In this document: one piece after another, positions 1 through 10,520 of the stretch
Position numbering within the stretch: position 1 is the first letter of the stretch
Layout: each line of letters starts with the position of its first letter
The notes under the pieces: model-generated
Told to the model about the DNA's origin: nothing
Seen by the model: the letters and a program-made list of their open reading frames with translations, nothing else
The model's database searches: none
Position numbers and translations under genes: made by a program
Source of the DNA: Eledone cirrhosa
Lineage: Eukaryota
NCBI GenBank assembly: GCA_964016885.1
Contig: OZ024763.1
Location: 23,064,001 to 23,128,000, forward strand
DNA length: 64,000 nt
Direction: 5' to 3'

Positions 1-191
1 TTCCTTATGAAAATTAACGGCTGAGCAGCCTAATTTGCATATCGAGTGAGTTAAATCGGTCAGGCGCACCGAAAACGATGAGTTGTAATAAAATGAAAAC
101 GAAATTTCATTTCTCACTCTTAGTACGGCACTTACTTAAATGTAAGTATGTATGTATACGTACATATATGTATGTGTACCTGTATGTATAT

Positions 192-1360
192 ATCATCATC
201 ATCATCATCATCAACGTTTAACGTCCGTGTTCCACGCTTGCATGGGTTTGGACGGGGGTAGTCCCACTTGAGGCAAGAGTGATTTTCTTGCTCGCATAGG
301 ACTGTCTGGCAGGTTTTCTACAGTTGGATGCCCTTCCTAACACCAACCACATTTACAGTGTGGGTCTGGGAGGTTTTTACCGTGTTGCCTACACGGCCAC
401 ATTACAGCGTGGACTGTGTGTTTTTTTGTCGTGACACCTACACGATCTCATTTGTTTCGGCCTGGATGGCGCGGCACCAACATAACTTTACATAGAACGG
501 GGTGGTGTGGATGGGGTGGCGGGTGGTGGTGGTGGGACGGGGTGTATTTTGTTAGAGATGCCTACTGGCAAGGCGGGTCTTCTCTATTACTGAGTACCGC
601 CAAAGGTCTCGGTCCAGTGACATTGTCTTGGTGAGGTGTAAGTGTGTGAGGTCAGAGTTTATCAGCTCGTCCCAGGTTTTTCTGGGTCTGCCTATTCCGT
701 GGCTACCGTCTATCTTTATTGCCCTGCACTTTGTTAAACAGCTATCATCCTTCATGCGCATCACGTGACCATACCAACGTAGCCTTCTCTCTAGTAAACA
801 ACATCTGATCCCTCTTATTTCTAATTTTTTCCTTAGTTCGTTTATGCTTTGTCGTTCACGTATATTACTATTACACATCCAGCGGAGCATGCAAGCTTCG
901 TTTCTCTCTAGTCTGCGTATATCCTCTGCACACAATGCCCAGGTCTCACTGCCATGCAACATTGCTGTTCGTATGCAGGCATCGTACAGCCTGCCTTTCA
1001 TTTTTAGGGAGAACCCTTTAGCGGCTAATAGTGGTATAAGCTCTCTGAACTTTTTCCACCCAGTTCTGACTCTAGCTACTGTACTTTCAGAGCACCCTCC
1101 CCCACTGCTGATTTTGTCACCCAGGTAACGGAAGCTGTCCACTATTTCTATAGAACCCTCTGCGCAGTTGAAAGAGCTAGTATTTTGTGGGCACTTGCTG
1201 CTACTTATATCCCCAGAACACCGGCCACATGTAAAATCTATGTTCTTAGTTAGCTTACCTGTGATCCCACTACATCTTTTATGCACCCAAACTTTGCATT
1301 TGGGACACAAAATGGAATTTCTACCTACGCCTTTCCTACACTCTGCGCATGGCCACTTCC

Positions 1361-1363
<3 letters not shown>
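192..1363 (-). mobile_element. RTE-clade LINE, family A, 5'-truncated copy (ORF2 C-terminus, about 340-bp 3' UTR, (GAT)n tail)
   Basis: ORF 552-1310 encodes CPKCKVWVHKRC...IEIVDSFRYLGD...RRLRWYGHVMRM...GRPRKTW, typical of RTE post-RT sequence. The (ATC)n at 192-212 is the minus-strand tail. The 5' end breaks directly into (TA)n at 1363. Confidence 0.92.
552..1362 (-). pseudogene. RTE ORF2 C-terminal fragment (PHD-like finger plus post-RT region)
   Basis: Open frame from [23 protein letters not shown] to the stop at 552. No true start; 5'-truncated. Confidence 0.88.

Positions 1364-1420
<57 letters not shown>
1364..1420. repeat. (TA)n microsatellite, representative of many (TA)n/(CA)n tracts in 1-18,700
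   Basis: Seen directly. Similar tracts at about 1535, 3422, 3700, 4930-5027, 5224, 5659, 6167, 12836 and 16270. Confidence 0.98.
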
Positions 1421-1424
<4 letters not shown>

Positions 1425-1530
1425 TGCTACTGTACGTCTGTATACATATATGTATGTACGTATACATACTTACATTTAAGTAAGTGCCATACTAAGAGTG
1501 AGAAATGAAATTTCGTTTTCATTTTCTTAC

Positions 1531-1576
<46 letters not shown>

Positions 1577-1984
1577 TCATACATACAGACACACACACAT
1601 ATATATACATATCTGACTCTGTATATGAAAGATTGACTCAGTGAATTATTTGCTAACAGATTACATTGAGTTCTAACTACGGTATAGACCCTACCACGAA
1701 AGGTAGACCACATTGTATATATATATATATGTCTATATATTACACATGGTTAAAAAGCTGTACATATTTCAAAGCTGCTCAGGAGCAACGACTCACCCCA
1801 CCCCCTACGGCAAGCTTAACGTTTGTGAAAGAATATAGGAGCTGGGGCCCTATGAGGGTGGAAAGTGGTTGCCAAGGTTTGTAAAACAGGCGTTCATCCA
1901 GAGTTACCTCCCCTGTACTGTGTTGTCAGTCAATAAATGTTTTCTTATATATATAATAATCATTTCTTTATTAATAAAAAAAAT

Positions 1985-2303
1985 AATAATGAAAATTATT
2001 GTGTACAGCGCTCAGATGCACTACAGCTCATCAAAGGTGCATGTATAGTAGATAGAATAATGTACAAATGTCAGGAAAATGAACAGTGTATGAGTCATGA
2101 TATACACACAGATACATGTGTATAGGAAAATAGTCAGGACCCTGACAGCTGAGCTCTGGCTGTTTCGACAGCTAGATCCGAACAGTGTGTATATATAATA
2201 AAAATTATTGTGTACAGTGCTCAGATGCACTACAACTCATCAAAGGTGTATATATATAGTACATAGAATAATGTAGAAATGTCAGGAAAGTAAACAGTGT
2301 ATG
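1985..2303 (-). mobile_element. Two tandem short 3'-end copies of the CR1-like LINE (about 1985-2140 and 2200-2303)
   Basis: Reverse complement of 4690-4836 (aatgaaaattattgtgtacagcgctcagatgcactacagctcatcaaaggtgcatgtata...). Further stubs at about 2470-2508, 14128-14190 (+) and 18908-18985. Confidence 0.85.
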
Positions 2304-2465
2304 GTTTCTGATTTTAGGCATAAGGGCAACAATTTTCGGCAGGGGAGAGGAAAGTAGATTAAATCGATGACAGTACATTACTGGTACTTTATTTTATCAA
2401 CACCGTGAAGATGAAAGGGAAAGCTAACCTCGACAGGATTTGAACTCAGAACGTAAAAAGACGTA
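2303..2465 (-). mobile_element. tRNA-derived SINE with Nin/Deu-like core, partial
   Basis: actggtactttattttatcaac...gatgaaagggaaagctaacctcgacaggatttgaactcagaac; B box (GAGTTCAAATC) on the minus strand. Homologous to 3072-3232, 16749-16902 and 18640-18862. Confidence 0.75.
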
Positions 2466-2780
2466 TAATAATGAATATTATTGTGTACAGTGGTGAGGTG
2501 CACTACAACACTTCTTTTCCCATAACTCCTGATGTAGTTGTAGGGGCTGCATTGACATACAGCGTTTCTAGGGCATTTAAAAACCTATTGGCACCCATCT
2601 CTCTCCAGGCCTGAGTAAAGGAGATTTCTTCCAGAGAAAGATAGAAAGTGAGAGAGAAAAAATGAGAATCTACCCCAGTACTAGATTGGTTCATTTATAT
2701 ATATATGGAGGGATAGAGAGGAAATGAGAAAGAGATATAGAGGAAGAATCGACCCCAGTACTAGACTGGTACTATATATA

Positions 2781-3020
2781 TCACCACCATCATCATTTTA
2801 CGTCCGCTTTTCCCTGCTCGCAAGGGTGGGACGGGTCCTATTCAGCACAGTATCTCTCCACTTGTCACGGTCCTTCGTCATCTCCTCTGTGAGCTTCAGC
2901 GATCTGAGGTCTGCTCTCACCACCTCCGCCCATATTTTTCATGGTCTTCCTCTACTGTGTCTTCCTTCTACTGGGATTTCTTGGCACTTTTTTACCCAAC
3001 GGTCATCCTCCATGCGCATA
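2781..3020 (-). mobile_element. RTE family B 3' fragment
   Basis: Closely similar to 7245-7472; ends in GCGGACGTAAAA(TGA)n. Confidence 0.9.
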
Positions 3021-3071
3021 ATTTATATGGAGAGATAGAGAGAGGAAATGAGAAAGAGATATAGAGGAAGA

Positions 3072-3232
3072 AGCGACCCCAGTACTAGACTGGTACTTTT
3101 TTTTATCAACCATGAATGGATGAAAAGCAAAGTTGACCTTGAGCAAGATTCGAACTCTAACATCAGAGACCCAGAACTAAAACCCACAAAGCCTTCTATC
3201 TGATGCTCTAACGACTCAGTTAATTCTCTGCC
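3072..3232 (-). mobile_element. tRNA-derived SINE with Nin/Deu-like core
   Basis: cgaccccagtactagactggtact...ggatgaaaagcaaagttgacct...gattcgaactc...ctaacgactc; same family as 18640-18862. Confidence 0.75.
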
Positions 3233-3409
3233 TCTATACATACTTATATAAAACACATGCTTTCCTTCTGTGAAAAAAAATATATTTTTTCCTTTTCTTT
3301 CTTCCCGCTAGTTTATCTTTTTATTTCTTCTTCTCTCACAGTCTTTCTTCCAATGAAAGACTGACATCTGAACTGTTGACACTCCTTTCTACTATATCAA
3401 GCGCTAAAT

Positions 3410-3461
<52 letters not shown>

Positions 3462-3466
<5 letters not shown>

Positions 3467-3519
3467 TCATCATCATTTTACGTCCACTTTTCCCTGCTTG
3501 CAAGGGTGGGACGGGTCTT
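3462..3519 (-). mobile_element. RTE family B extreme 3' stub within (TA)n
   Basis: atcatcatcattttacgtccacttttccctgcttgcaagggtgggacgggtctta. Similar stubs at 4893-4930 (+) and 7028-7108 (+). Confidence 0.88.
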
Positions 3520-3614
3520 ATATATATATATATATATAGGAGGCGGATGCATTTGTGTGTGTATGCATATATATATACATACATATACACACACACACAT
3601 ATATATATATATAT

Positions 3615-3680
3615 ATGTAAATGAAAATTCCTCGTTTTCTATTATATATATATTATGGAAAAACGAGGAAGTTTCATATA
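3615..3680. repeat. Small palindromic (hairpin/MITE-like) element; second copy in opposite orientation at about 10875-10940
   Basis: aattcctcgttttctat-(TA)n-atggaaaaacgaggaagtt; both copies lie next to (TA)n. Confidence 0.75.
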
Positions 3681-3692
3681 TATATGTATATA

Positions 3693-3747
<55 letters not shown>

Positions 3748-3896
3748 TGTAGCGCTTGATATAGTAGAAAGGAGTGTCAACAGTTCAGATGTCAGTCTTT
3801 CATTGGAAGAAAGACTGTGAGAGAAGAAGAAATAAAAAGATAAACTAGCAGGAAGAAAGAAAAGGAAAAAATATATGTATATATATATGTGTGTAT

Positions 3897-4836
3897 GTGT
3901 TCTTGGCCTCCTTTTGTTTGTGGCATATATTAATGACACAGATGCCAACTTAATATCAAGAAGTCTTCTTGTGAACGTGACCTGGGCATTACGGTCTGCA
4001 GCGATTTGCGTTGGACGAAGCACGTCTCTAAAATTGTCAAGAGGGCCGAGGGTGTCTTAGCATCACTCAGCAAGACCTTTGTCAGCCGCTCTCCAGATAT
4101 CTATTTAAGGCTGTATACAGGTATGGTGCGGCCACACTTAGAATTTGCATCACCAGTCTGGAACCCCTATTATTGGAACATTGACCACTTGGAAACTGTT
4201 CAGAGACGTGCAACCAAGCGAATACCCTTCATCAGGCATCTACCATACTCTGAATGCCTTGCTTCCCTGGGCATGGATTCATTGAAGCTCCGACGCCTGG
4301 CAACTGACTTGGTAAACACCCACAAAATTGTTAACCATCTTGCCAATAACAACCCTGAGTACCTTTTTGATTTCCATGTGTCTAACACACGTGGACATGC
4401 CCACAAAGTCAGAAAACAGCACAGTTCCCATGACTTTCGGAAACAATTTTTCACGCTCAGAATTGCTGAAGCATGGAACAAACTACCTGCATCAGTTGTT
4501 AGCTGTCGAGACACTGCATCCTTTAAAACCTCCATGGAACAAATTACCTGCATCAGTTGTTAGCTGTCGAGACACTGCATCCTTTAAAACCTCCATGGAA
4601 CAAATTACCTGCATCAGTTGTTAACTGTCGAGACACTGCATCCTTTAAAACCTCCATGGTTCCCGAGATTCGCCAACACTACACCTAATGTTCCCCCTCC
4701 ATACACATACACACATGTATATCCTGACTCATACACTATTCACTTCCCTGACATTTGTATATTATTCTATGTACTATACATGCACCTTTGACGAGTTGTA
4801 GTGCACCTGAGCACGGTACACAATAATTTCATTATT
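3897..4836 (+). mobile_element. CR1/L2-group LINE 3' fragment with internal deletion, plus 3' UTR
   Basis: VLGLLLFVAYIND (RT motif) is joined across a deletion to ERDLGITV, then LYTGMVRPHLEFASPVWNP...LETVQRRATK...TRGH...RKQFFTLRIAEAWNKLP. The 3' end (caataatttcattatt) is shared with several short copies in the window. Confidence 0.9.
4472..4659 (+). repeat. Three-copy 61-bp tandem repeat within the CR1-like ORF end
   Basis: CATGG recurs at 4472, 4533, 4594 and 4655; the units are near-identical. Confidence 0.95.
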
Positions 4837-4924
4837 TATTTCTTTATATATATATATATGTGTATATAAGTATATACACACACACATATATATGCAAGCA
4901 AAGAAAAGCGGACGTAAAATGATG

Positions 4925-5029
<105 letters not shown>

Positions 5030-5221
5030 GTATTTAAGAAAGCCACAACAATGCAAAGGGAAATCTCGAGGTAGGAAGTGAAATATAGATAGGAAAAACA
5101 GGTGAAAGTGAAAATTGAGAGAGACAAAGATGAAAACAAAACTTTTCGGGCTCACGCCCATCAACGGGGGGAAAACAGGCCAAGCGGAGAAAGTTGTGAT
5201 GTCGTTAAGACAGGAATGCCG

Positions 5222-5273
<52 letters not shown>

Positions 5274-5325
5274 ATATATATATGTATATATGTATATATA
5301 TATATGTATATATGTATATATACAT

Positions 5326-5491
5326 ATCATCATCATTTTACGTCCACTTTTCCCTGCTTGCAAGGGTGGGACGGGAACTGATTCTGGCTTGATTTCTACA
5401 GCTGGATGCCCTTCCTAACACCAACCTCATTTACAGTGAGTGCTGGGTGCTTTTTTGCCGTGGCACCTCCACGACCACTTTGCAGTGGAAT
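5326..5491 (-). mobile_element. Chimeric RTE end: family A-type UTR module joined to a family B 3' terminus
   Basis: 5377-5491 matches 6217-6378 and the UTR in 53120-53528; 5326-5375 matches 7240-7288. Confidence 0.8.
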
Positions 5492-5656
5492 CATAGGGAC
5501 CCCTGTCCCTATCATCTCATTTCTACAGCTGAGTAAACTGGAGCAATGTGAAATAAAGTGTCTTGCTCAAGGAAACAACACATCACCCAGTCTGAGAATT
5601 GAACTCACAACCTTTCGATTGCAAGGCCAATGCTCTAACCACTAAGCCATGTGCCT

Positions 5657-5658
<2 letters not shown>
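5492..5658 (-). mobile_element. tRNA-derived SINE 5' part (A box, B box, CORE-like segment)
   Basis: Minus strand reads GGAGGCACATGGCTTAGTGGTTAGAGC...GAGTTCAATTC...TCCTTGAGCAAGACACTTTATTTCAC. Related fragment at about 12700-12750. Confidence 0.8.
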
Positions 5659-5695
<37 letters not shown>

Positions 5696-6162
5696 TGTAT
5701 ATATATACATATATATATATATATATTTATAATTGGTGTTGGATGCTTAAAGCATCCGTATGTGGTAGGCCGTATGAGCACTCAATGCTCTCATAGAGCA
5801 GAGTATGATATCACAGAAAATCAGCTTTGTAGAATCGAGACGTATCAAGGGACCGCGCGATTTCAGAGTCAGGTTTGATCACCACATCGATCGTGCCTCG
5901 AGCTGGTTGCCCGAGAAACAATTGTAATACGTCCAATAAATTCCTTTCGTCGCAACACTGATTCTCTTTTTTCTGTAATATATATATATCTATATACACA
6001 CACACACATATATATATATGTATCTATACATATATATATATAATGGAAAAATTTGAACAGGAACAAAACAGAGAGGCCGTACAACGAATGTTTATTAATT
6101 TCACGCTCTGGAGAGTGGGGTGTTGGTGGGGAACGACGTTTCGGGCATAAGCCCTTCCTCAG

Positions 6163-6199
<37 letters not shown>

Positions 6200-6216
6200 C
6201 TATACATATAGATATA

Positions 6217-6463
6217 TTCCCACTGCAAAGTGGTCGTGGAGGTGCCATGGCAAAAAAGCACCCAGCCCACACTGTAAAGTGGACATGTAGGCGCCACGGA
6301 AAAAAACACCCAGCACTCACTGTAAATGAGGTTGGTGTTAGGAAGGGCATCCAGCTGTAGAAATCAAGCCAGAATCAGCTGACGGTACACTGCCCACAAC
6401 AGCACAACCCGTCTAACCCATGCTAGTGTGGAAGAATGGACGTAAAACGGTGATGATGATGAT
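6217..6463 (+). mobile_element. RTE family A-type 3' UTR fragment with (GAT)n tail; an inverted tail stub follows at 6472-6514
   Basis: Near-identical to 53256-53528; ends ggacgtaaaacggtgatgatgat. Confidence 0.87.
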
Positions 6464-6471
6464 ATATATAT

Positions 6472-6502
<31 letters not shown>

Positions 6503-6685
6503 CCGTTTTACGTCATATATACATATATACATATATTCAACAAATATTTGTTGAATTACCAACAAATTAAATATCCCTTTTGCTTATATACATATATATA
6601 TATATATATTATATTTAGAGTTATAAACTCAAACAGTCTTTTACAATTAATTAGCTCAAAGAAAGAAGCATTTCTGAGCCGTGAA

Positions 6686-6977
6686 ATACAAGTTAATATA
6701 AATTAATATATGATAAACACTGATGTAAACATATAAGCGTTTGTATTGTAAACGACCAAGTTAGCTAGATTGAAAAATACTAATTAGATTAATACAGTTT
6801 GTCTGCCTCGATTTAAAATAATAAATCAATAACAACAAACCCATATTGGCAATAGCCGTGATACTTGGACAAATTTAAATTTCAAAATCCAAACCTGTTC
6901 CGCAGACAAATTTACAATACAAACGCTTATATGTTTACATTGGTGTTTATCATATATTAATTTATATTAACTTGTAT
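6686..6977. repeat. Inverted repeat pair with 67-bp arms (6686-6752 and 6911-6977), MITE/foldback-like
   Basis: atacaagttaatataaattaatatatgataaacac...ttgtattgtaaa is reverse-complemented with about 2 mismatches. Confidence 0.88.
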
Positions 6978-7108
6978 ATATATATATATATATATACACA
7001 TACACACATATATATATACATATATATGTGGAGAGATGCTGTGCTGAATAAGACCGATCCCTCCCTTGCAAGCAGGGAAGAGCGGACGTAAAATGATGAT
7101 GATGATGA

Positions 7109-7140
<32 letters not shown>

Positions 7141-7227
7141 CATTTACATATATTTATATATATATATATATATATATGTAAATGTATATTGGCAACATAA
7201 CCCTCCCAAAGTATAACAATATATATA

Positions 7228-10200
7228 TCATCATCATCATCATCATCATTTTACGTCCGCTTTTCCCTGCTTGCAAGGGTGGGACGGGTCTTATTCAGCA
7301 CAGCATCTCTCCACTTGTCACGGTCCATCGTCATCTCCACCGTGAGGTTCAATGATCTGAGGTCTGTTCTCACCACCTCCGCCCATGTTTTTCGTGGTCT
7401 ACCTCTACCAGGTCTTCCTTCAACTGGCAATTCCTGGCACTTCTTCACCCATCGGTCATCCTCCATGCGCATCACATGTCCATACCACCTCAGTCTCCTC
7501 TCCCGTACACTACATTCTATCCCTCTCAGACACAGTTTCTCTCTCAACACATTTATGCTGGGTCGTTTACGCACATTGACATTGCACATCCAACGGAGCA
7601 TGCTTGCCTCATTTCTCTCCAGCCGTCGCATATCCTCTGCAGTTGCTGCCCATGTCTCACTACCATGCAGCATCGCGCTCCTCACACAGGCATCATACAA
7701 CCGGCCTTTCGTACGCAGGGGGAAACCCTTCTTCGTCAACAGAGGAAGCAGCTCCCTAAACTTCTTCCAACCCGTCCTTATTCTAGATACTATGGCCTCG
7801 GAACACCCTCCTCCCATGCTAATCTGATCTCCTAGGTACCGGAAGCTATCCACCACTTCTATAGCGCCCTCCTGCATTTGAAAAATGTGTCTATCAATGC
7901 GACTTCTACTGTCTAATTTCCCTGTACATCTACTGCATACATATTTCTCCCTACCTGTTAGTTTGCCTGCTATCCCGCTACATCTCTTGTGTACCCAGGA
8001 TCTGCATTGTGTGCATTTTATAGAATTTATGCCAGTTCCTTTTCTGCATATCGAACATGGCCATTTCCCTGACGGAATCAGAGTTTTGTCCTCTTTTCTA
8101 CTCAACACTTTTGTCTTAGCTAGATTCACTCTGTCCTCTTGCTTCCAACTGCTGTTTCTATAGCCAGAATTTATTCTCTAGCTCCTCTACTGATTCTGCT
8201 ATAAGAACCAGATCGTCAGCGTAGAGAAGTTCCCATGGACAGCCAGTCTTAAACTCCTCTGTTATGGCTTGGAGGACTATAATGAACAAGAGCGGGCTGA
8301 GGACCGAACCCTGATGTACTCCTACTTGTATCTGGAATTCCTCACTAAACTCCATTCCTACCCTGACTTTACTGAGAGTACCTCTGTACAAAGTTTGCAC
8401 TGTCCTCACAAGCCATTCCTCAACACCTAGCTTCCTTAGGGACCACCAGATGACAGATCGGGGTACCCTATCAAAGGCCTTCTCTAGGTCAACAAAGGCT
8501 AAGTATAGTGGCTTATTCTTCTCTAAGAACCTCTCTTGCAATTGTCTCACCAAGAAGAGGGCATCTGTTGTACTCTTCCCAGGCACAAAACCAAACTGCA
8601 TCTCATCTAGTTTGACCCTTTCTCTAATTAGTTGTGCTAAAATCCTTTCTGCCACTTTCATAACCTGATCTATCAGTTTATACCCCTATAATTGCTCCTC
8701 TCCAAAGCATCCCCTTTACCTTTGTAGCAATTTATGAGAATACTGCTGCACCAGTCTTTGGGTATGACACCACCATATATAGCCTGATTGATGATGCGTG
8801 CAACCAGTTTAGTGCCTACGTCCCCTGATGCCTTCAGCATCTCAGCAACTATTCCCGATGGTCCGGCAGCCTTACCATTTTTCATTTCCCTAATCACCTC
8901 TTGGACCCTATATTCGTCAATCTCAATAGCTGGTCCCTCTGTCGGATCCACCAAGGGTAATTTCTCTCTCTCCCATTCGTTCTCCACATTCATCAGTCTC
9001 TCATAATGACATTTCCAGGCCTCCTTTTTCTGATCATTCGTGACACTAAGTACACCGGCATCATCCCGGACACATTTATCTCCAACAACATCCTGATTTG
9101 CATTGACACACTGCCTTGCAATGTGGAACACCGCACGCCTCTGATCTTCCCGTCGCAGAACATTGGCAAACCTCCTACTCTCTGCCTCCCTGCGTGCTAA
9201 GTACACCTGACGTCTAGCTTCTCTCTTAGTGGCTGTATATTCTTCCCTACTCCCACCCTTTTTCCAAGCCTTCCATGCTAGTCTTTTGTCTCTAATAGCC
9301 TTATCTACTGTGCTGTTCCACCACCAGGTCACTCTCTGTCTGGTTGGAGCTCTGCTCCAGCCACAAGTTTCATCAGTAGCCTGCAGCAAGTTGTCACGTA
9401 AGAAATTCCAGTTATTATCTATGTCATATGTCTCTAAATCGTCTTCTTTTTCGTCATATACATCTTGAAGGGCTTTCCTAAATTTGTATTTTAGTGAAAG
9501 GTCTTTTAGCTTCCAGACCTTTCTTCTCCACACCTTCCTATATGTCTCATTCCATCTCTTGCTTACTGAGATATCACTAACAACTAACCTATGCTGTGGG
9601 GTACATTCTTCCCCAGGGTATGCCTTGGTATTAGACACTATCTGCCTGTCCCGCTGCCTCACTAGCAGGAAGTCAATCTGGCTTATGTGCTCACCAGATT
9701 TGTAGGTTATTAGGTGATTGGCAGGTTTCTGGAAGTTTGTGTTGCAAATAGTCAATGTACCCGCATCACAAAATTCAAGAAGTCTCACTCCTTCTTCATT
9801 TCTTGAACCGTAACCGTGCCCACCATGTACCCCAGTGTAACCATCCTGGAGCTGTCCAACATGACCATTGAAGTCTCCTGCTAGCATAACAATGTCTCCG
9901 TCCTCTGTCATTGCGGTTGTTTGCAAAAGTTGCTCATAAAAGCAGTCTTTCTCATCTTTGCCTAGGCCTGCTTGGGGAGCATAGGCCGAGATGATTGTCA
10001 GTAGTCTCCTACCTACAACTAATCTAAGCTTAATTATTCGATTACTAACTCGAACTACCTCTATTGTCTTATTGATCCATTTCTCAGCCAGGAAAATGCC
10101 TACTCCCCCTAATCCATCATCCTTACCTACCCAGAATAGCTTATAGCTAAGATGTTTGCCTACGACTAGTCTCGCAGAGGCACCTCTCCATCACACCTCT

Positions 10201-10520
10201 TGCACGCAGCACACATCCACCTGCCTTCTCTCCAGCATCTCCGCTATTTCAGCAGATCTACTTCTGAGAGTGCCAACATTAAGTGTTGCAACTCTGAGAT
10301 GCGACGTCTTCATATTTTGTTGTTGTTCCTATTTGTTGCTATGCTGATAAGAGTTTTGGCATTGATGCACTGGTTGGATGCACTTCCTAACACCAGCGCC
10401 ACCTTACAGCATAGACTGGGTGCTTTTATTTGTGCCACCAGCACTAGAGAGGATGTCTTACTAGACTCAAGGGCCCTCTCTATCCCTCCATTTTACAGCA
10501 TGGTTGTAAAAAAAATAAAT
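7228..10520 (-). mobile_element. Near full-length RTE-clade LINE, family B; single ORF, disrupted; 5' boundary approximate
   Basis: APE endonuclease motifs (ATLNVGTL, CCVQEV, AGDFNGHVG, SQIDFLL, QHRLV) and RT motifs (QFGFVPG, FVDLEKAFDRV, GVHQGSVLSPLLF, LLYADDL, FRYLG). The (GAT)n tail follows the stop codon almost immediately. Confidence 0.96.
7251..10313 (-). pseudogene. RTE ORF2 (APE endonuclease, reverse transcriptase, PHD-like finger), about 1,020 codons, disrupted
   Basis: ATG at 10313 (MKTSHLRVATLNVG). In-frame TGA at 10191-10193 (likely CGA>TGA), frameshift near 8676 (NYRGI/KLIDQVMK), TAG at 8158-8160 (likely TGG>TAG) and frameshift near 8133 before RVNLAKTKVL. Confidence 0.93.

Larger units (their letters stand above)
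81..1534. repeat. Inverted repeat pair, arms about 81-149 and 1466-1534
   Basis: agttgtaataaaatgaaaacgaaatttcatttctcactcttagt...aaatgtaagta is near-perfectly reverse-complemented at 1466-1534. Confidence 0.85.
3280..3876. repeat. Inverted repeat pair with arms of about 135 bp (3280-3416 and 3741-3876)
   Basis: cacagtctttcttccaatgaaagactgacatctgaactgttgacactcc... is reverse-complemented at 3741-3876. The same peptide (ALDIVERSVNSSDVSLSLEERL) appears on both strands in the ORF track. Confidence 0.93.

Noticed and set aside
2503-2625. Possible RT fragment (WREMGANRFLNALETLYVNA)
   Set aside because: Only a vague resemblance to a LINE RT segment; too short to support without a search.
5580-5658. 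tRNA gene
   Set aside because: A and B boxes are present, but there is no convincing acceptor stem and the sequence runs into a SINE body.
7279-9705. Plus-strand ORFs overlapping the RTE
   Set aside because: They are antisense shadows of the RTE coding sequence with no independent motifs.
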